64,000 bases of DNA from positions 352,001 to 416,000 of the forward strand of contig CM000151.3 of the NCBI GenBank assembly GCA_000004695.1, in the 5' to 3' direction. Shown here piece after piece: positions 58,791 through 64,000 of this stretch. Both the position numbers and the translations under genes were made by a program. Under the pieces are notes generated by a model. The model made no database searches. It saw nothing but the letters and a program-made list of their open reading frames with translations, and had not been told where the DNA came from. Numbering within the stretch: the first letter of the stretch is position 1; each line of letters begins with the position of its first letter. Source of the stretch: Dictyostelium discoideum. Taxonomy: Eukaryota.

Positions 58791-59344
58791 TTTAATTGGT
58801 GATTATGTATTTTTTAAAATTTTTTGGAAGTTAAAATTAAATTTAATTTCTTTTAAATTAAAAATATAATTTAAAATTAAATTAAATATTGATTTTAATT
58901 CATCTAATTCTTTAATTATAATTTTATAATGTCTAATTGATGTTAATGGTGAAGAAAATATATTTTCAAATAAATATTGATTAATTGTGTAACAAGATCT
59001 CAAAAACATCTTGTTAATACTAATATTTATTTAATTTCATGAAATGTTCTAAACAGAACATTTAAAAATAACTATTAATATTGAATTAATAATTCAATAT
59101 TAATTATTACTAATTTAATTTATTTTAATAAATTGTTTCATTTTATATAATAAACTCACTAAACACAACTAAATAATAATTCAAAAAAATAAATAATAAT
59201 AATTTAGAATATAGTTTTGTTTCAACATTTTATTATAACACATACAATTCAGAAAATAATAATAATTTATTTTACTGTTTTGTTTAAAGGGGTTTTCTCC
59301 CGTTGTAATAAAATTTAATTAATTTTAAATTAAATTTAATTTTC

Positions 59345-59379
<35 letters not shown>

Positions 59380-60407
59380 TTTCACAAAAAGGTTTTCATA
59401 ATAGATATTAGATACCAGATATTAAAAATGTCACACAAAATCACCATATAAAATAATAATATAAATTTAAAAATAATTTAATTAAAAAGAAAATAATAAT
59501 TAATTAGAATAAAATTAAAATAATATAATTTTGCAGTTTAAATCGGATCTAACCCTATAGGCTGAGGTTGGAGTAGTTAACAGATTTGAGTTCGCTCAAA
59601 TCTGAGGACTATAAAAAGAAACTAGGTTTCTAATTCAACCTCAGTAATAAATATATACAAATAATAAAATCACGATAGGGCTACGGTCATCACTTAAATA
59701 TATGTGTACATTTATTTCTTAAAATAATTATTTTATTAAATAATTTATTTTAAAAGGATGTCAACTAATAATAATAATAACAACAATAATAATAATGAAG
59801 ATATTGATAATGATGAATCTCAACAACAGGATAATGAGGAACAACAACTTCAACAACCACAGGTATCAACATTCAATGAACAGCAATGTCAAATAAGGGA
59901 ACAGCAGGAAAAACTAACACTGATGACACTGACCACCAGTTGTTACAAATTGAAATTCGTTCGTAATGTAATTCATCATTATTATTTGAAGAGGTACTAT
60001 ATTCAATGGATATATTCATTGGTAGTGGTGGTGGTCGATGTTGTTTATTATATGAATAAAAAATAAAATCGCTATAAGTTAAATGTAAATACTTAATTGA
60101 TTTATTATTTAATAAATTTGAAAATGAATTAATATTAAATAAACCATGGCAGTCTAATTTTGTTATTTCAATTGATGTATTTAATTATGAAAATAATGGT
60201 TTAAAATAATTTGAAAACATTTCTTTACTTTGATTTATGGTCTTAATTTAATTTTTATTTTTTTTCATCATCACAGTAATCATCCGAACCATATGCACTA
60301 TCACTATGTTGTCTATAATAATGATTGTTAATCAAATCTTCTATTCTAATGTTATATTTAAAATTTTTAAAGATTTACTTGAAATTAATGAATTCATCAT
60401 TTCTTTT

Positions 60408-60438
<31 letters not shown>

Positions 60439-60454
60439 TTTTTTTTTTTTTAAA
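55590..60454. repeat. tandem segmental duplication unit A (about 4.9 kb; unit B = 60455..beyond window end)
   Basis: Upstream flank, gene and downstream flank of the amine-oxidase locus all recur with a 4.87-5.14 kb offset. Unit B carries an extra insertion of about 410 bp at 60709-61120. Confidence 0.65.
56255..58625 (+). CDS. flavin-containing amine oxidase (LAAO/MAO-like), copy A, 6 exons, signal peptide
   Basis: The exons are 56255..56336 (MYYKILLIFALLIFVNINFASS signal), 56441..56686 (poly-Asn; GIIGGGIAGLYAG FAD Rossmann motif), 56771..57303 (ILEANKERVGGRVYTH), 57383..57994, 58059..58208 and 58299..58625 (SGELTSVHHAWMIGGLNSAYRSV). The donors are GTAATA, GTATGT, GTGAGT, GTAAGT and GTAAGT. 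The phases are consistent (1,1,0,0,0). Confidence 0.75.
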
Positions 60455-61394
60455 TAAACTTTTTTTATATCAAATTTAATAATTTAATTCAAATTTTCTT
60501 AAAACTAATACCAATTTTAATATTTATAAAAAAAAAAAAAAAAAAAACTAAAAAAAAAGAAAATTCTTTTCATTTATTAAAAATTTTTTATTTTGTTCAC
60601 AAGAAATTAATAATTATTTATATTATTTTATTTTTTTATTTTTTTATTTTTTTTTTTTAGAAACACACATATGCTTGATTAGATTTTTTTTTAAAATTAC
60701 TAGGGGTAATTGTTGAACATTAACACAATAATTTAAATAAATGATTTATTAGTTTAAAATACTCATGTTTTATCAGAATCTTGTAATAGAAAAATAAAAT
60801 TAAATTAAATAAATAAATATATAAATAAAAATAAAGTAATAAGTTGATGTTATCGACAATATCTATAATTTATTATGAATGTTTTTTTATAGTTGAAAAT
60901 TTTTACTTTTTATATTTGAGATTTAAAAATATTTTTATGAGTTTTTCAATCCACATTAAAAACTCACCACGTCGCTTTTTCCCACCTAGGTGAGAAAAGT
61001 CTAATTATATAAACATAAATTATTTTAGTTTGCGAGCGAGATTGTATTCTAATTTAATATCTTGATAAAACATAATTTTATTGTAACAATTTAATTATTA
61101 CATAATTATATTACAACAGGTAATGATATGAAAAAATGACCACTCGAAACGATAAATTAAATGGTTGGATGAAATCAATTTTAAAAGACGACCAACTTGT
61201 CAGTTTTTTTTTTTTTAATATTATGAAATCTCCAGATATTATTTCTACAGTTCTTTGAATTAATTAGAAGATTTTTTTTTTTCTATCATTTGATTCTTTT
61301 TCTTTTCTTTTTTTTATTTATTATTATTTTACTTTAAAAATTTTAAAATTATTTTTATATTTTTTATTCCTGTATAGGAATTATTATTCTAAAA

Positions 61395-63679
61395 ATGTAT
61401 AAAAAAATTTTACTTATATTTGCATTATTTATTTTAGTTAATATTAATTTTGCTTCTTCTGAATTTAAAAAAAATGGTATTAAATATTTGAAACAATAAA
61501 AATATTATATATAAAACGATTCAATTTACTGATATTATTTTTATTTTAAATTTTTTTTTTTTTAAAAATTAGAAACTGAATCTGCAAATTTAAAATCGTT
61601 ATATGCTAGTTATTTAATGAAAAATAACAATAATACTAAATATAATAATAATGATAATAGTAATAATACTAATATTTATAATGATTCAGTAACAAAGAAT
61701 AAAAGTAAAAATAAGAATGAATTGACAGTTGGTATCATTGGTGGTGGTATTGCAGGTCTATATGCTGGTATGTTATTTATTAAAAGTATGATTATTATAA
61801 AATTATTTTTTGAAGGTGTTGACTTTTTTTTTTTTTTTTTTTTTTAAATCAAGGTATGATTTTCGATGATTTAGGTATTGATTATACAATCTTAGAAGCC
61901 AATAAGGAAAGAGTTGGTGGAAGAGTTTATACTCATAAATTTGATGATCATAAATATTCATATACTGATCTCGGTGCTATGCGTATTCCATTAACGCCAT
62001 TAATGGATAGAATTGTATCAAACCAAAATTATTCATTATTTAGTAAATTGGCAAAAGGTGGATATCAAATTCCAACTGTACCATTTTTAATTAGTGTTAA
62101 TAATGAAATTAGTTATTATAATGGTATTAGAGTTTTAAAAGGTTCCCCAGTTTTAAATCCATCCGATCCATTTAATTATAGTGATTCAAATAATGGTGGT
62201 CCAGGAAAAGGTATTCCAGACGAGTATGCAAATCGTACAGTTGATTCTTTAATTCTCCCAGTATTTTATCAATTCATTAACAATTTAACAGTTGATTTTT
62301 ATAATGGTTTTAAACAAATGTTAAAATATGATAGCTATTCTGCAAGAGATTATTTAAAAACATTCCATAATTATCCAAATTCAGTTGTGAGTATTTAAAA
62401 AAAATTTAATTTAAAAAAATATATTTATATTAATATTTTTTATTATTAGATTGAATATATTGAAAATTTATCAACAATTAGTGGAAGATTAGATCAAACA
62501 TCTATCACTGAATTATTAATGAGTGTTTTTGATTTTAGTGGAGAAAAATTCGTTTGTGTTGAAGGTGGTACAGGTCTTATTGTTAAATCAATGAGTCAAA
62601 TTATAAAGAAAAAAGTTGAAATGGGTAGTTTTGTTACTAAAATTTCAAAATCATTTGATAAAAAGAATAATGAAATCGATGGATTAAATGTTGAAGTAGT
62701 AAGAGATTCAAACTTTGGTGGTAGTGATACTGAAATATTGAAATTTAAACATGTAATTAGTACTACAACTTTACCAGCATTACAAAGAATTGATACAAGT
62801 GATTTGAAATTACCATTGAAATTAAAGGTTGCAATTCGTTCACTCAAATACACTGGTGCTATTAAACTTGCAATTAACTTTAAATATCGTTGGTGGGAAG
62901 ATAGTGAATTTATGAGTGGTAAACCAATTAGAGGTGGTTCTTCAAATACCGATCTTTTACTTCGTCAAGTTGTTTATCCATCATATGGTATCAATAATGG
63001 TACAAAAGGTGTCAGCGGAGTTTTATTAGCAAGTTATAGTGGTGGTTTGGAATCAATCAGAGTAAGTTGTAAATAACATTGATTAAGTTTAAAATAATTT
63101 AATATTAATCAAATTAATTTTTCTTAAATTTTATAGATTAGTAGTATGATTGGTAAAAAAGATAAAGAAAGAAAACTTTTAAATATAGTTTTAAGAGATC
63201 TTGCTGAAATCCATAATGTTGATTTAAAGAAATTAAAAAATTTATATAAAGATCATTTCTTCCAAAGTTGGGATAATGATGAATTTGTAAGTATTAAATT
63301 TTAATAAATATTTATTTTATTTTTGAAAATATTAATAAATTTTATTTTTATTTTAAAAAAAAAAAACAAATATTAGTCATCAGGTGCTTTTGCATTATTT
63401 TCAACATCTCAATATACTGAACTTTTCCCAAGTACTGGACAATCACATGTTGATGGTAGATTCCATTTATCAGGTGAATTAACCTCGGTTCATCATGCAT
63501 GGATGATTGGTGGACTTAATAGTGCATATAGATCAGTTGATTTAATTTTAAAGAATGAAGGATTTGAAGATTTACGTATCAAATTAAGAAATAATTGGGG
63601 TACTATTGAACAAGCTGAATATCCATCATTAGATTGGTATAAATACGACTCTGATATTAATCATTATAAATTATATTAA
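61395..63679 (+). CDS. flavin-containing amine oxidase, copy B (tandem duplicate), 6 exons
   Basis: The exons are 61395..61476, 61573..61767, 61854..62386, 62450..63061, 63137..63286 and 63377..63679. Copy B is more than 97% identical to copy A in exons 3-6. Exon 2 has a shorter Asn tract, and exon 6 lacks 24 nt (NIQGKSIE) in frame before the stop. Confidence 0.7.
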
Positions 63680-64000
63680 ATAAATCAAAAAATTACCTAT
63701 ATATTGCTCGTATATTTTAAGTTTATTTTATTTATTTATTTATTAAAGGAATTTTATTTTTCTTTTCTTCATAGCAATTAAATAAATTTATTAAAACTAC
63801 AAAAGTTATATAGAAAATAAAAAAATAAAAGTAAAAAAAAAGAGGCGACAAACCCAGCGCCGCATAAAATTACTTTTCACCACTTTAATGCTGAAATTTT
63901 TACATCCATGTGTTTTTTTTTTTTTTTTATTATCGAAGAAATTTATTTATAGTAATAAAATAAATTCGGATTATTATTTAATTGGTGAGTATGTATTTTT

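Overview
This is a nuclear, extremely AT-rich (about 75-80% A+T) eukaryotic sequence with the hallmarks of a dictyostelid social amoeba (Dictyostelium discoideum-like). The evidence is (AAT)n tracts translated as long poly-Asn runs, poly(A)/poly(T) intergenic tracts of tens to about 100 nt, short AT-rich introns with GTAAGT/GTATGT donors, and mobile elements targeted to a tRNA gene. No prokaryotic features such as CRISPR arrays or operons are expected or seen. The window is an accessory, repeat-dense region containing the following. (1) A tandem array of at least 11 members (5 apparently intact, 6 decayed or fragmented) of a lineage-specific family of intronless 900-1050 aa proteins. They carry a SAP-like N-terminal motif (LEKKxLKSIKEIAxxYxISTxxLxKAEIIEKIKS), an NLS-like KRKREYEEE stretch, and Asn homopolymers and Ser/Gly repeats of variable length. 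(2) A Tdd-4-like DNA transposon (3844 bp, about 115-bp TIRs, 5-bp TSD TTATT) encoding a retroviral-type (rve) integrase, inserted precisely into one family member. (3) A Tc1/mariner-like transposase gene with giant poly(T) introns. (4) A tRNA-Val(AAC) gene acting as a mobile-element landing pad. A DGLT-A-like LTR element lies 28 bp upstream of it; this element is internally deleted, keeps Gag-PR fused to the integrase C-terminus, and has 268-bp LTRs and a 4-bp TSD. A nested cluster of TRE3-type non-LTR retrotransposons lies downstream. (5) A tandemly duplicated 6-exon flavin amine-oxidase gene. (6) A GNAT acetyltransferase gene, a 3-exon Cys-rich coiled-coil gene, small tail-anchored membrane-protein paralogs, several micro- and minisatellites, and two short GC-richer structured islands that may be ncRNA or foldback elements. 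The ORF track uses ATG, TTG, GTG and CTG as starts, so many ORF 'M' residues are not real initiators. True ATGs were checked where stated.
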